From positions 256,001 to 320,000 of the forward strand of contig CAVRCJ010000001.1 in NCBI GenBank assembly GCA_963719515.1: a stretch of 64,000 bases of DNA, in the 5' to 3' direction. The stretch comes from an uncultured cyanobacterium (lineage in GTDB: Bacteria; Cyanobacteriota; Cyanobacteriia; CAKZMO01). The translations under genes were made by a program, and so were the position numbers. Of this stretch, positions 37,741 through 47,845 are shown piece by piece (position 1 is the first letter of the stretch; each line of letters starts with the position of its first letter). The notes under the pieces are model-generated. The model was not told the DNA's origin and did no database searches. It was given only the letters and a program-made list of their open reading frames with translations.

Positions 37741-38541
37741 ATGCCGCCCATCACCCTCATCACAGACTTTGGTACCCAGGATGCCTACGTCGGCATCATG
37801 AAGGGGGTGATTGCGGCGATCGCCCCCCAAGTGCCCTGCATTGACCTCACCCACGCCGTGCCGCCCCAGAGTATTCAGGCGGCTCACTTTCATCTGCTGA
37901 CGGCGTATCCCTACTTTCCCCTGGACACCGTCTATCTCGTCGTGGTGGACCCCGGAGTTGGCGGCGATCGCCGCGCCGTGGCGGTGCAGTTCCCCCAAGG
38001 CACCGTCGTCTGCCCCGACAACGGCCTGCTCACCGGGCTCCTCCACCGTCACCCGCAGGATTCCATAGAAGCGGTGGAGCTGAGCGACCCGGACTGCTGG
38101 CGATCGCCCCAGCCCAGCGCCACCTTCCACGGGCGAGATATCTTTGCCCCTGTAGCCGCCCGTCTCGCGGCGGGAATGCCCCTCGCTCAGGTCGGGCACC
38201 CCATCTCGCCGACATCTCTAGTGCAGCGGCGTGGACTCCTGCCGGAGCGGGGCCCCCAGGGGGTTATTCAGCATATCGACCGATTTGGAAATCTAATCTC
38301 GACGCTTCCTGCCGCTATTGTCGAAGCGGGGGCGGTTGGGCCGGGGGCAGTCCTGCAGATCGGCGATCGCCGCATTCCCTTCGGCGCAACCTACAGCAGC
38401 GCCTTACCGGGCCAGCTGATTGCGATCGTTGGCAGTCACGGCTGGGTTGAGGTGGCGGCAAATGGGGCGCGGGCCAGCGACATTTTACGGGCTGAAGTGG
38501 GCCAAGCCGTGGCTATTGAGCCCCAGCCGCCAAAGCTGTAG
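37741..38541 (+). CDS. SAM hydroxide/halide adenosyltransferase family (DUF62)
   Basis: ITLITDFG, VVDPGVG, TFHGRDIFAP, IDRFGN. Confidence 0.92.
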   Translation: MPPITLITDFGTQDAYVGIMKGVIAAIAPQVPCIDLTHAVPPQSIQAAHFHLLTAYPYFPLDTVYLVVVDPGVGGDRRAVAVQFPQGTVVCPDNGLLTGLLHRHPQDSIEAVELSDPDCWRSPQPSATFHGRDIFAPVAARLAAGMPLAQVGHPISPTSLVQRRGLLPERGPQGVIQHIDRFGNLISTLPAAIVEAGAVGPGAVLQIGDRRIPFGATYSSALPGQLIAIVGSHGWVEVAANGARASDILRAEVGQAVAIEPQPPKL

Positions 38542-38751
38542 GGTCTGATGTAGATATTGGGCGTGAATATTGGGGATATTAACCCTAATCCCCGGCTTTA
38601 AGGGGGCTGATACCCCTCAGGCAGATCCTCTGATTCGGGCTAATTTAGAGACGCTGCTCAACGTTAAGTAAATCTAAAGGCAGCGCTGGCGGCTACTCTA
38701 ATTTTCGTAGCGCGCCTCATGCTGCATCGCTGAGACCCTCTACCGACTGCT

Positions 38752-39168
38752 ATGAAGCTTTCCTTTCGAGGCACCGTATACGAAAGTCCATTTCTCTCTG
38801 ACGATGTTCACTACATTGCTGACCTACCGTCGCAGTATGGAGCACTCTCCAGCCGGATGAATCAGATCCCTGGCCTACATATGCCAGAAGCTTACCTCCA
38901 GTCGGCGTCCCAAGCGATCGCCATGCCGCTGCTGCTATCGCCAATCGCCTCAATTTTGGTCGTCATTTGGGAACCAGCTCCCCTGAACGAGGCCCGCATC
39001 AGGCCATTCCACTTTGTCGGCAAGTATCTGCTCTCTTCACAGCAGGCCGTATTCGATATACTCAAGCAGTACCATGAGGCTTATCTCGATCAGCCCTGCC
39101 AGCCCTCGCCCAGCTTTTTTATCGGCGTGCGCGGTTCGCTGGTTAGAGTGGCAGCGTCCCTGCGCTGA
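38752..39168 (+). CDS. Hypothetical protein
   Basis: ORF beginning MKLSFRGTVYE, a common cyanobacterial small-protein start. Confidence 0.45.
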   Translation: MKLSFRGTVYESPFLSDDVHYIADLPSQYGALSSRMNQIPGLHMPEAYLQSASQAIAMPLLLSPIASILVVIWEPAPLNEARIRPFHFVGKYLLSSQQAVFDILKQYHEAYLDQPCQPSPSFFIGVRGSLVRVAASLR

Positions 39169-39189
39169 TAAATCAAAACAAAGGCAACT

Positions 39190-40014
39190 ATGGGATATTC
39201 CATCGACGTCACGACGCAAACCTTTGAGGACGCAGTCATCCAGGCATCTCACCAGCAGCCGATTTTGGTCGATTTTTTCGCGCAGTGGTGTGGGCCTTGC
39301 CAGCTGCTAAAGCCCGTGCTGGAGAAGCTGTCTCAGGAATATGGGGTTGGCTTGGCCAAGGTGGATATCGACCACAGCCCAGAGCTAGCCAATGCCTACG
39401 GGGTAGAGGGAGTGCCCGACGTGCGCATCGCTGTCGCAGGCCAAATCCAGCCCGGCTTCGTTGGCGTCCTGCCTGAGCCGCAGCTGCGATCGCTCTTGGC
39501 TGGCTTGGGCGCCACCTCGACCGTGGAGGAGGTGCTCCAGAGCGCCACCGCCGCCATAGAGGCTGGGGACAGTGAGAGTGCGTCACACCAGCTCGACGCC
39601 CTGGTGGAAGAGCACCCTGGCGACGAACGGGTAGTAACGGTAGCGGTACCGTTTTGGGTTGCCCAGGGGCAAGTCAGTCGCGCTCAGACGGCCTTCGAAG
39701 CCGCGATGGCGGTCGTGCCCAATCCTAATGGGGCCCTGATGCGATCGCTGCGGGGTCAGCTTTACCTCGCTCAGCTGTGTCACCAGGCCGTCGGTGGGGC
39801 GGGTGACGGCGGCGATGACCTACAGCAGCTGGCCTGCCGCGCCGTCAAAGGCGGCGACCCTGAAGCTGCTCTGGCTGGCTTTCTAGATTTGCTAGAGCAG
39901 CGACGCCATCAAGACGCGGCGCGAAAAGCAATGATCGCTGTTTTCGATCGCCTTGGGGACGACCACGCCCTCACGAAGGCATACCGCAAGAAAATGATGA
40001 TGGCGCTGTTCTAG
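39190..40014 (+). CDS. Thioredoxin-TPR chaperedoxin (YbbN/CnoX-like)
   Basis: WCGPC; C-terminal ARKAMIAVF...YRKK. Confidence 0.88.
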   Translation: MGYSIDVTTQTFEDAVIQASHQQPILVDFFAQWCGPCQLLKPVLEKLSQEYGVGLAKVDIDHSPELANAYGVEGVPDVRIAVAGQIQPGFVGVLPEPQLRSLLAGLGATSTVEEVLQSATAAIEAGDSESASHQLDALVEEHPGDERVVTVAVPFWVAQGQVSRAQTAFEAAMAVVPNPNGALMRSLRGQLYLAQLCHQAVGGAGDGGDDLQQLACRAVKGGDPEAALAGFLDLLEQRRHQDAARKAMIAVFDRLGDDHALTKAYRKKMMMALF

Positions 40015-40023
40015 AGTTAGCAA

Positions 40024-40551
40024 TCAAACGATCGCCGCAGCGGTCTCTGAGGGTGTTGACGGCGCTATGTGAGCGGTTGAAGAATGCACAATCAGCACAG
40101 AGGTTGGGGCGTGGTGATTCACATACTGACTGACGCTGCCCAACAAAATTTCTCGAATGTTGGAGCGTCCCCGACTGCCGACCATCACTAGGTCAGCGTT
40201 CCACACCTTGGCTTGGCGGCAGATCGAAGGGCCGGCGTGGCCTTTAATCAAGGCAACAGACGCCGCAATTCCCTCGGCGATCGCCCGGTCGGCCCGAGCC
40301 CGCAGTCGTTTGAGCTGCTGCTGTTCGTAGTCACGCTGCTGCTGCCAATACAGCTCCATGGCCTCCCGGTAGACCTCAGGTGAATACTCCATGCCAATGC
40401 TGCTGGGCCAGTAGGGATCGGCATCGTGAAAATCGAGAACATGCAGCAGCAGCAGCTCTGCCCCTAATCCCTGCGCTAGCTCTTGGCCTTTCTCATAGAC
40501 GTCGGCATCGTGTCCTGAGTGGTCTAATGCCGCTAAAATACGGTGAAACAT
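40024..40551 (-). CDS. Universal stress protein
   Basis: RILAALD.S; ADLVMVGSRGRS...LLGSVS. Confidence 0.92.
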   Translation of the reverse strand: MFHRILAALDHSGHDADVYEKGQELAQGLGAELLLLHVLDFHDADPYWPSSIGMEYSPEVYREAMELYWQQQRDYEQQQLKRLRARADRAIAEGIAASVALIKGHAGPSICRQAKVWNADLVMVGSRGRSNIREILLGSVSQYVNHHAPTSVLIVHSSTAHIAPSTPSETAAAIV

Positions 40552-40695
40552 ACCTGTTTCCTCCAGTGACGCTGAGCCGGTCGCCCTACGCTTGCTTCTG
40601 CTGGGCGCAGTACCTTCGGCTCTTATCCTCTAAAGACTAGCGGCAAACTCTGAGGATTTCATGACGTCGAGCCGAACTCGCCCGAATCGGTAGGC

Positions 40696-41841
40696 TCAAT
40701 AAAGCTCGTAGCGCAGCAAACGGCAGTCAATACCGCCGTTTGAGACCGGGATGCGCCGCGAGGGCCGCAGGCCAATTTTCTTCGCCAGCGCCAGGTTGCC
40801 GCACAGCACATAGGCCGTCCAGCCCTGACAGCGCTGCTTCAGTACGTCCCCCAGCTGCTTATAAAATGGCTCTAGAGCCTCGGCCTCCCCAATTCGCTCC
40901 CCATAGGGGGGATTGCAGATGATAATGCCGTGGTCGGCGGGCGGGGTGAGATCTGATAGGGCCTGCTGCCGTAGGGTGATGCAGTCCTCGACCTCGGCCC
41001 GCTCGGCATTGCCCTGAGCCTGCTGAATCACCTCGTCGTCGCCATCGCTGCCCACGATGGGAGCCTCCAGGGAATTCCGGCGCTGCTGCTGGGCCTGCTC
41101 GCGCTGCTGCTGCCACAGCTCGGCGTCGAAGTCAGGCCAGCGCTCAAAGGCAAAGTTCCGGTCTAGCCCTGGCGCAATGCACAGGGCCTGCCGGGCCGCC
41201 TCAATGGGCAGCGTCCCCGAGCCACACAGCGGGTCGAGAAACGGCTGATCCGGGGTCCAGGCCGCCAGCTGCAATAGAGCGGCGGCTAGGGTTTCCTTGA
41301 GGGGAGCTTGACCCATAGCGGGCCGGTAGCCCCGGCGGTGCAGGCTTTCTCCCGTGCTGTCGAGGCTGATGGTAGCGCGACTGGCTCGGCCTGGGCCGTC
41401 GCCGCTGATGTGGACGTTGATGCGCACGTCGGGGTCTTCGGTGTCGATGCTAGAGCGTTCTCCAAACTGCTGCCGCTGCTGGTCGACGATGGCGTTCTTC
41501 ACCTGCAGAGCCGTAAAGTGGGAATGGTTGAGCTGGCGGCTTTTGCCGGTGGCCCGCACGGCAAAGGTTTGCTCCGGGGCCAAATAGCTCGCCCAGTCAA
41601 CGGTCTGCACCGCCCCATAAAGCTGCTGGGCGTCTCGGCAGCCTCGCTCTGCTAGGTTCAGCAGCACCCGAAAGGGAATTCGCCCCCAGAGGTTGACTCG
41701 GTACAGCAGGGCGCGATCGCCTGCGAACCTCACCCCTGCAAACCCCGGCTCCACGGCTTCGGCCCCCAGCTGCTGCAATTCCTGGGCAACGAGCGGCTCT
41801 AGTCCTCGGGCGGTGGTGGCAAAATAGCGGTGGGTTGTCAT
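40696..41841 (-). CDS. THUMP-domain rRNA methyltransferase (RlmL-like)
   Basis: SLHRRGYR, APLKETLAA, DPLCGSGT, NPPYGER. Confidence 0.9.
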   Translation of the reverse strand: MTTHRYFATTARGLEPLVAQELQQLGAEAVEPGFAGVRFAGDRALLYRVNLWGRIPFRVLLNLAERGCRDAQQLYGAVQTVDWASYLAPEQTFAVRATGKSRQLNHSHFTALQVKNAIVDQQRQQFGERSSIDTEDPDVRINVHISGDGPGRASRATISLDSTGESLHRRGYRPAMGQAPLKETLAAALLQLAAWTPDQPFLDPLCGSGTLPIEAARQALCIAPGLDRNFAFERWPDFDAELWQQQREQAQQQRRNSLEAPIVGSDGDDEVIQQAQGNAERAEVEDCITLRQQALSDLTPPADHGIIICNPPYGERIGEAEALEPFYKQLGDVLKQRCQGWTAYVLCGNLALAKKIGLRPSRRIPVSNGGIDCRLLRYELY

Positions 41842-41909
41842 TACGTCAGATTAAAGCCATGATCAAATACTTGCCTAAGCAATAGCGCCTTTAAGGGACA
41901 ATTCTGCCC

Positions 41910-42848
41910 ATGCCGACCCCCGCCTCTACCTCAGCCACCATTCCGCCGTCGCCGCCGGGGTTCCGTTCGGGCTTTGTGGGCATTGTCGGTCGCCCCAATG
42001 TGGGTAAGTCTACCTTAATGAACCGGCTGGTGGGGCAAAAGGTCGCCATCACCTCCCCCGTGGCCCAAACCACCCGCAACCGGCTGCAGGGTATTTTGAC
42101 CCTGCCGGAGGCGCAGATTATCTTTGTCGACACCCCCGGCATCCACAAGCCTCACCACCAGTTGGGTAAGGTGCTGGTGCAAAACGCCCGCACCGCTATT
42201 AATGCCGTAGACCTGGTGGTGCTGACGGTGGACAGCTCAGTTCCCGCCGGACGGGGCGATCGCTTCATTGTGGATCTATTGGCCCAAACGTCGCAGCAGG
42301 TGGTGCTGGGGCTCAACAAGCTCGACCAGCGCAGCGACGAGGGGACAGAGATTAAGGCAACCTATGAGGCGATCGCCAGCGAGCAGGGCTGGCCCCTCAT
42401 CGAGTTTTCTGCCCTCACGGGAAACCAAGTCGACACCCTGCTGAGCCAGCTTGTCGAGCGTCTCGACCCCGGCCCCTATTACTACCCCCCCGATCTGGTC
42501 ACCGACCAGCCGGAGCGCTTCATCATGGGAGAGCTGATTCGCGAGCAGATCTTGCTGCAGACGCGGGAGGAGATCCCCCATTCGGTGGCGATTTCCATTG
42601 ACCGGGTCGACGAGGAGCCCGAGATTACCCGCATTTTGGCGACCATTCACGTGGAGCGGATGTCGCAAAAGGGCATTCTCATCGGCAAGGGCGGCAGCAA
42701 AGCCAAGCAGATTGGCACCGCTGCTCGCGAGCAGATTCAAAAGCTGGTGATGGGCAAGGTCTATTTAGAGCTGTTTGTGCGGGTGCAGGCAAAGTGGCGA
42801 CAGTCTCGCAGTCAGCTGGCGGAGTTCGGCTACCGGACCGAGGAGTAA
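41910..42848 (+). CDS. era: GTPase Era
   Basis: GRPNVGKST, QTTR, DTPG, NKLD; KH-domain IGKGG. Confidence 0.97.
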   Translation: MPTPASTSATIPPSPPGFRSGFVGIVGRPNVGKSTLMNRLVGQKVAITSPVAQTTRNRLQGILTLPEAQIIFVDTPGIHKPHHQLGKVLVQNARTAINAVDLVVLTVDSSVPAGRGDRFIVDLLAQTSQQVVLGLNKLDQRSDEGTEIKATYEAIASEQGWPLIEFSALTGNQVDTLLSQLVERLDPGPYYYPPDLVTDQPERFIMGELIREQILLQTREEIPHSVAISIDRVDEEPEITRILATIHVERMSQKGILIGKGGSKAKQIGTAAREQIQKLVMGKVYLELFVRVQAKWRQSRSQLAEFGYRTEE

Positions 42849-42907
42849 GCGTCGCTGGCCGTTTGGTTAGGCTCTATTCGTTACTTGAAGATTGTGGCAG
42901 GCTCGAC

Positions 42908-42939
42908 TTGACTCTCCAGTCGGCTGGAGCTTTTATGGT
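42908..42939 (+). promoter_or_regulatory. MerR-type promoter/operator
   Basis: TTGACT-N20-TATGGT with the dyad CTCCAG-tcgg-CTGGAG in the spacer. Confidence 0.75.
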
Positions 42940-42999
42940 AGAACTACGCAAATTCGACACATTATTTGCAGGGAGCTGCCTTAAATCGAGGGAAGTATT

Positions 43000-43794
43000 A
43001 TGACACCATCAGTTCAAGCGCCGGTGAAGCTCTACCGAATGTCCCTACCTAACGGGGAATGCCCCTGGGGACGCCGAGCCGTTGACCTATTGAACGAGCA
43101 GAATATTGCTTTTGAAGATCACCTGCTGCGATCGCGGGAGGACGCGGAAGCGTTCAAGGCCAAGCACGAGGTAAGCACCACGCCGCAGGTCTTTTGGGGA
43201 GAGGAGCGTATCGGAGGCTATACCGAGCTAGCGGACCATTTAGGATTCGCTGACCCAGAAGCTGGAGATGAGAAGTCCTACGCCCCGGTGGTGGCTCTTT
43301 TCTCGACCGCAGCGCTGGTGTCCCTGGCCGCTTCCTTGGGAGTCTCTGGCTTCATGGGGGTGGCGCTGTCCATGCTGGCGTCTCTCAAGCTCATGGATCT
43401 CGATGCCTTTGCCCGGAGCTTTGAAAACTACGACTTGATTACCCAGCGCGTCAAGCCCTACGGCAAGCTCTATCCCTTTGCAGAACTGGCCATTGGGCTA
43501 GGCTTTTTGTCCGGCGCTGCGCCCTTGCTGACAGGGGCCGCATCCCTCGCCATCGGGCTGAGCGGCAGTCTCTCGGTCTTCAAGGCGGTCTATCTCGATA
43601 AAAAAGACCTCAACTGCGCCTGCATCGGCGGCAATTCTAAAACGCCGCTGGGGGTGGTAAGCTTCGCCGAAAATGCCATCATGGCCGTAATGGGGGCAAT
43701 CCTGCTGCTGTCGGCGGTGGGGGGAGTAGAGGTCAGCGGCAGGGCAATCGAGGCGACTCCGGGGGTGGCGATCGCCGGTGAGTACAGCCCCTAG
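43000..43794 (+). CDS. Glutaredoxin + MauE/DoxX-like membrane protein
   Basis: CPWG, TTPQVF..IGGY; F..YD, YPFAE, CACIGG. Confidence 0.85.
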   Translation: MTPSVQAPVKLYRMSLPNGECPWGRRAVDLLNEQNIAFEDHLLRSREDAEAFKAKHEVSTTPQVFWGEERIGGYTELADHLGFADPEAGDEKSYAPVVALFSTAALVSLAASLGVSGFMGVALSMLASLKLMDLDAFARSFENYDLITQRVKPYGKLYPFAELAIGLGFLSGAAPLLTGAASLAIGLSGSLSVFKAVYLDKKDLNCACIGGNSKTPLGVVSFAENAIMAVMGAILLLSAVGGVEVSGRAIEATPGVAIAGEYSP

Positions 43795-43907
43795 ATCATT
43801 TCCATAGCTCGCAGCCTATAGCTCGCAGCCTATAGCTCGCACATATCGCCGCGTTGCCCCAAACGCTAACTCGGGAATTCTTGTACTGCCCCGCTTGCCC
43901 TTCTCCT

Positions 43908-45299
43908 ATGACCCAAGACACCGCCCCAGCCCGAGTTCGCCAGACCCGCGCCCAGTTCGTCAACCCAGAAGACTACCTCTCCTATGAGCTGGGCAAAGCC
44001 GTCCGTCAGCTGCCGCCCCTCTATACCCGGCTGCTCGCCGCCAGCATCAGCCTGACCGTCTTTAGCGCGATCGCCTGGGCGCAGTTCAGCAAAATCGATG
44101 AGGTGGCGGTGGCGACGGGGGAGCTGATACCCTCGGCCCAGGTGCGGCCCGTGCGATCGCTAGAAGGTGGGGTGATTGCCGAAATCCTGGTAAAGGAGGG
44201 AGAGATAGTCGCCGCAGGCGACCCCCTCGTGATTCAAGACCAGGCCCTAGCTCAGTCTGACGTGGCGCGGCTGCAAGAGTCTGCAGACGTCGTGCAGCAG
44301 GATATTGACCGCCTGCAGGCGGAGCTGGCGGGAGAGGCTACGGCGGGCAGCCCTTTGCAGGATGAGCTGCTGGCGGCGCGGCTGCAGGCATTTACCGAGC
44401 AGCAGGCGGCCTTAGACAGCGACGTGGCGCGGCTAGCGGCTGCCGTGAGGGAGACAGAAGCCCGGCTGACGCGGCTGCAGCAAAGCTTGCCCAACGCCCA
44501 AAAGCTGCTGCAAAACGCCCGCGATCGCGCCGATAGCCTGGAGGAACTTAGCGCCACGGGAGCCGTTGCCCGGTTTGACTACATCGAGGCTAAAGATCGG
44601 CTCACTGAAGCTGAAGACCGCGCCAGCACCCTGCAGCAGGATATCGCCGCTCAGCAGCAGGCGGTGCAGCAGGCCCAGCAGGCGGTGCAGCAGGCCCAGC
44701 AAGAGCGACTCCGCCTTGTTTCAGAGCGGCGCAGCGACATTCTGACGGAGCTAAACCGCCGCATGGAGGAGATGACTAGTTTTGAAGGGCAGCTTAACCA
44801 GGCGGAGCTGCGGGCAGAGGCCCAGGTGATTACTGCCCCCATTGCCGGCCGGGTCTACAACATCCAGACCACGATGGCGGAGCGCACCACTGAGCCGGGA
44901 GAAGAGCTGCTGTCAATTTTGCCGCAGGAGCAAGAGCTGATCTTAGAAGCAAAGCTGCTCAACCGCGACATTGGCTTTGTGCGGGAGGGCATGCCCGTCA
45001 AGGTGAAGATTGACACCTTTCCATTTCAGGAATTCGGTACGGTGGGCGGCACGGTGCTGCAGGTGAGCCCCAACGCCACTTTAGACCAGCAGCTTGGCCC
45101 CGTGTTTCCTATTCGAATTCGCCTCGATAAGACGGCGATAGTCTTGAGCGATGACTCTTCGACCAGCGCCGCTCAAGCGGTAGAGCTGATTCCCGGCATG
45201 AGCGCCACGGGGGAGGTGGTAACCCGGCGCAAGTCGGTGCTGACGTTTATGCTGGAGCCGATTACCCGCCGCTTTGGCAGCGCCTTTTCGGTGCGGTGA
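43908..45299 (+). CDS. HlyD-family periplasmic adaptor
   Basis: TM helix, coiled coil, DIGFV..G..VKVKID.FPFQ.FG, PGMSAT. Confidence 0.9.
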   Translation: MTQDTAPARVRQTRAQFVNPEDYLSYELGKAVRQLPPLYTRLLAASISLTVFSAIAWAQFSKIDEVAVATGELIPSAQVRPVRSLEGGVIAEILVKEGEIVAAGDPLVIQDQALAQSDVARLQESADVVQQDIDRLQAELAGEATAGSPLQDELLAARLQAFTEQQAALDSDVARLAAAVRETEARLTRLQQSLPNAQKLLQNARDRADSLEELSATGAVARFDYIEAKDRLTEAEDRASTLQQDIAAQQQAVQQAQQAVQQAQQERLRLVSERRSDILTELNRRMEEMTSFEGQLNQAELRAEAQVITAPIAGRVYNIQTTMAERTTEPGEELLSILPQEQELILEAKLLNRDIGFVREGMPVKVKIDTFPFQEFGTVGGTVLQVSPNATLDQQLGPVFPIRIRLDKTAIVLSDDSSTSAAQAVELIPGMSATGEVVTRRKSVLTFMLEPITRRFGSAFSVR

Positions 45300-45334
45300 G
45301 GGTTCCCAAAGGAACCTTCACGGCTTGCGAGGTG

Positions 45335-47491
45335 CTAGGGAATCGCTATCGCCGGAACGCCCTGCGGCGCTGCAGCGGGCCGTCCCTGCTCGACGGCTCC
45401 GCGCGGCGCGTGGACGACCACCATTGAGGTTCCCCAACAGCGGTGAGCAATGGCTTCCGGCAGCCGGCTACTGCTCAGATTGCCACCATAGCGGCGGTAC
45501 TGATCGGGCAATACCAGTAGATCTTGGTTGCTCAGGAGTTCAGAGATACGCCCCGCGGGAGATCCTTCGGCAATTGACCAATCGACGCCTTCGGGAAGAG
45601 CGTCCACCCAAGCGGGGCGCTGACGAGCGCGGGGGCCACTGCGAACTAAGACAACCTTGAGCGGAGCCTTGAGCTGCTCCGAGAGCTGCTGGGCTAGCTC
45701 TATGGAGAGCTGGGCGGCGGCAGAGAGCCGGCGGTCCATAGGCATGGCTAAGACAATCTGCTCTATCGTCTCGAGGGGCTGCGGAAAGCGAGTCACCAGT
45801 ACAGGAATAGACGCCTGCTGAAGAACCCGATCAATCACGCTGCCAAAGGTGCGATTGGCCTTCGACCACCCTTCAGAACCGCGGTGGTTAGATTGCCTCC
45901 AGCCACAGACAATTAGGCTGGCCCGATGCTCAATTCCAGCGCGCACAATGCCCTTGCTGGTGCTGTGGTCAACTCGGGAAATAGTTTGCACATCTACCAC
46001 AGCGCTGTGGGCTAAATCTTCGGCCTCGTCCAGCATACGCTGTTGGGCCATGTGCTGCTGGGGGGAAACAGGACCACGGCGATCGCTAAGGACATTGAGT
46101 GGTAGCAGCGTCCCGGCGGCTTGCTTGGAGAGCAGTATAGCCAGGTTCAGCAAATTGGCCTCGGTTTCCGCGTTAGCTACGGGCACCAAAATACGCTTGC
46201 CCCAGTCTTGGACTGTGGAATCGCTCGCGGCGACAGGCTCCATACGGCTGCCCCAGCGCTGAGTAATCCAGGGAGAGGCAATACAGCTCACCAGAATCAT
46301 GGCGATGACGCCATTCACCGTAGCTTCGTCCACAATTTTGAGGTTATAGGCGACGGTGATGGCCGCTAGGGTAGAGGCGGCTTGGGCTACAGACAAACCA
46401 AATACGGTCATCGAGCTGGCGGGAGACCAGCCGAAGAGCTTTCCAGAGACCCAAGCGGCGATGTACTTACTGAGCAGCTCTGCAGCCACAATAACGCCCG
46501 CTATCAGCAGCGACTTAGGCTCTTTCAAGAGCACCAGCGGGTTTACCAGCATGCCCACCGAGATCAAGAAGAAGGGAACAAACAGGGTATTCCCAATGAA
46601 CTGAATGCGGTTCATCAGCGGGCTGTGGTCGGGAATTTGCTGCGTGATGGCGACACCCACCAGAAAAGCGCCCACAATAGGTTCGATTTCAATCAGACCC
46701 GCAATATAAGACACCACAAACAGCGCCACCAAAACAAAGACGAACTCAGCGCCTTCATCATGGCCAAATTTGACAAAGAACCAGCGCCCTAGGCGAGGCA
46801 GTCCCCACAGGGTCATGACGGTGAATACGATCAGCGAGGGAATGATGAAGAGCCAGAATCCTAGGGTTAACTCGCCAGACTGAGCTTTAACCACGACCGC
46901 CAAAACAAGCAGCGCTAGCACATTCGTAATCAGCGTCCCGCCTAGGGTTGCCGTGACGGGGCGGGCCTTGGTAATCCCCAGCTGACTGAGCAGCGGTAAG
47001 GCGACTAAAGTGTGGGAGGCTAAGCAGGAGGCCACCAGCACCGCCGCGAGCCAGCTATAGCCCGCTAGCAGCATCGCTCCCGTTCCCAAAGCCATGGGAA
47101 CTAGAAAGGTCAACAGGCCAAAGCCAATGGCGGGCTTAGCATTTTGCTTGAGGTCATCCAGGCTCGTTTCCAGGCCACCCAAAAACATAAGAAATAGCAG
47201 CCCTACAGTCCCGAGCAGCACGATGGTTTCATCCCGAGCCAGTAGATTAGCTCCGTAGGGACCAACGGCCATTCCCGCCAGAATCAGGCCGACGATGCCC
47301 GGTAGCCCTAGCCGCTCAAACAGTAGCGGGGCGACCAGCATCATACCTACAATCACTAGGAAAATAGTGACCGGATCGTCGATGGGCAGGCGATCCAAGA
47401 CATCAAACGGCAGGCTGAACGCCGCGGTTGGAGAAGCGCTCAAGCCGCTACAGCGCACCAGAAAAGCAGACATCCATATCAAAGAAGACAT
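45335..47491 (-). CDS. Cation:proton antiporter with C-terminal USP-like domains
   Basis: LPGIVGLILAG, FLGGLE, IVGAFLVG; RILVPVAN. Confidence 0.9.
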   Translation of the reverse strand: MSSLIWMSAFLVRCSGLSASPTAAFSLPFDVLDRLPIDDPVTIFLVIVGMMLVAPLLFERLGLPGIVGLILAGMAVGPYGANLLARDETIVLLGTVGLLFLMFLGGLETSLDDLKQNAKPAIGFGLLTFLVPMALGTGAMLLAGYSWLAAVLVASCLASHTLVALPLLSQLGITKARPVTATLGGTLITNVLALLVLAVVVKAQSGELTLGFWLFIIPSLIVFTVMTLWGLPRLGRWFFVKFGHDEGAEFVFVLVALFVVSYIAGLIEIEPIVGAFLVGVAITQQIPDHSPLMNRIQFIGNTLFVPFFLISVGMLVNPLVLLKEPKSLLIAGVIVAAELLSKYIAAWVSGKLFGWSPASSMTVFGLSVAQAASTLAAITVAYNLKIVDEATVNGVIAMILVSCIASPWITQRWGSRMEPVAASDSTVQDWGKRILVPVANAETEANLLNLAILLSKQAAGTLLPLNVLSDRRGPVSPQQHMAQQRMLDEAEDLAHSAVVDVQTISRVDHSTSKGIVRAGIEHRASLIVCGWRQSNHRGSEGWSKANRTFGSVIDRVLQQASIPVLVTRFPQPLETIEQIVLAMPMDRRLSAAAQLSIELAQQLSEQLKAPLKVVLVRSGPRARQRPAWVDALPEGVDWSIAEGSPAGRISELLSNQDLLVLPDQYRRYGGNLSSSRLPEAIAHRCWGTSMVVVHAPRGAVEQGRPAAAPQGVPAIAIP

Positions 47492-47845
47492 CTCTGCTCA
47501 ATCCTTTGGCGATGGGCCAAGAAGTTGTTTAAAAAATCAGGCAGCCACTGGGTTCGAGCTTCCTCCCTAGAGAAGCAGTGGACCCTATCAATTTGAGTAA
47601 AGCTCTGCAGTAGCCCTATTCAGAACGGAGGTCCATTCGAGCAAGGTGGTCGCCATTATTACGCTATTTTCCGGCAGCTGCCTTGGGGAAGCTATCTCTC
47701 TAATGGCAGAATCGCGCCGTATTTGATAGCCGTGAAGCCTCTGCGGTGCGACAGTTGGCGACAATCGGCCCCTCCAACACGACTAAGCCGCATCCTCTAG
47801 TGACGTCCTCCCGACGCTGATGCTACGCATACAGCGCGGGCTTCC

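Noticed and set aside
43803..43842. 14-bp tandem repeat ATAGCTCGCAGCCT x3
   Set aside because: Ordinary short intergenic tandem repeat with no further structure.
43908..45299. Novel secretion system around the lone HlyD gene
   Set aside because: No ABC transporter or substrate gene nearby; dispersed partners are common in cyanobacteria.
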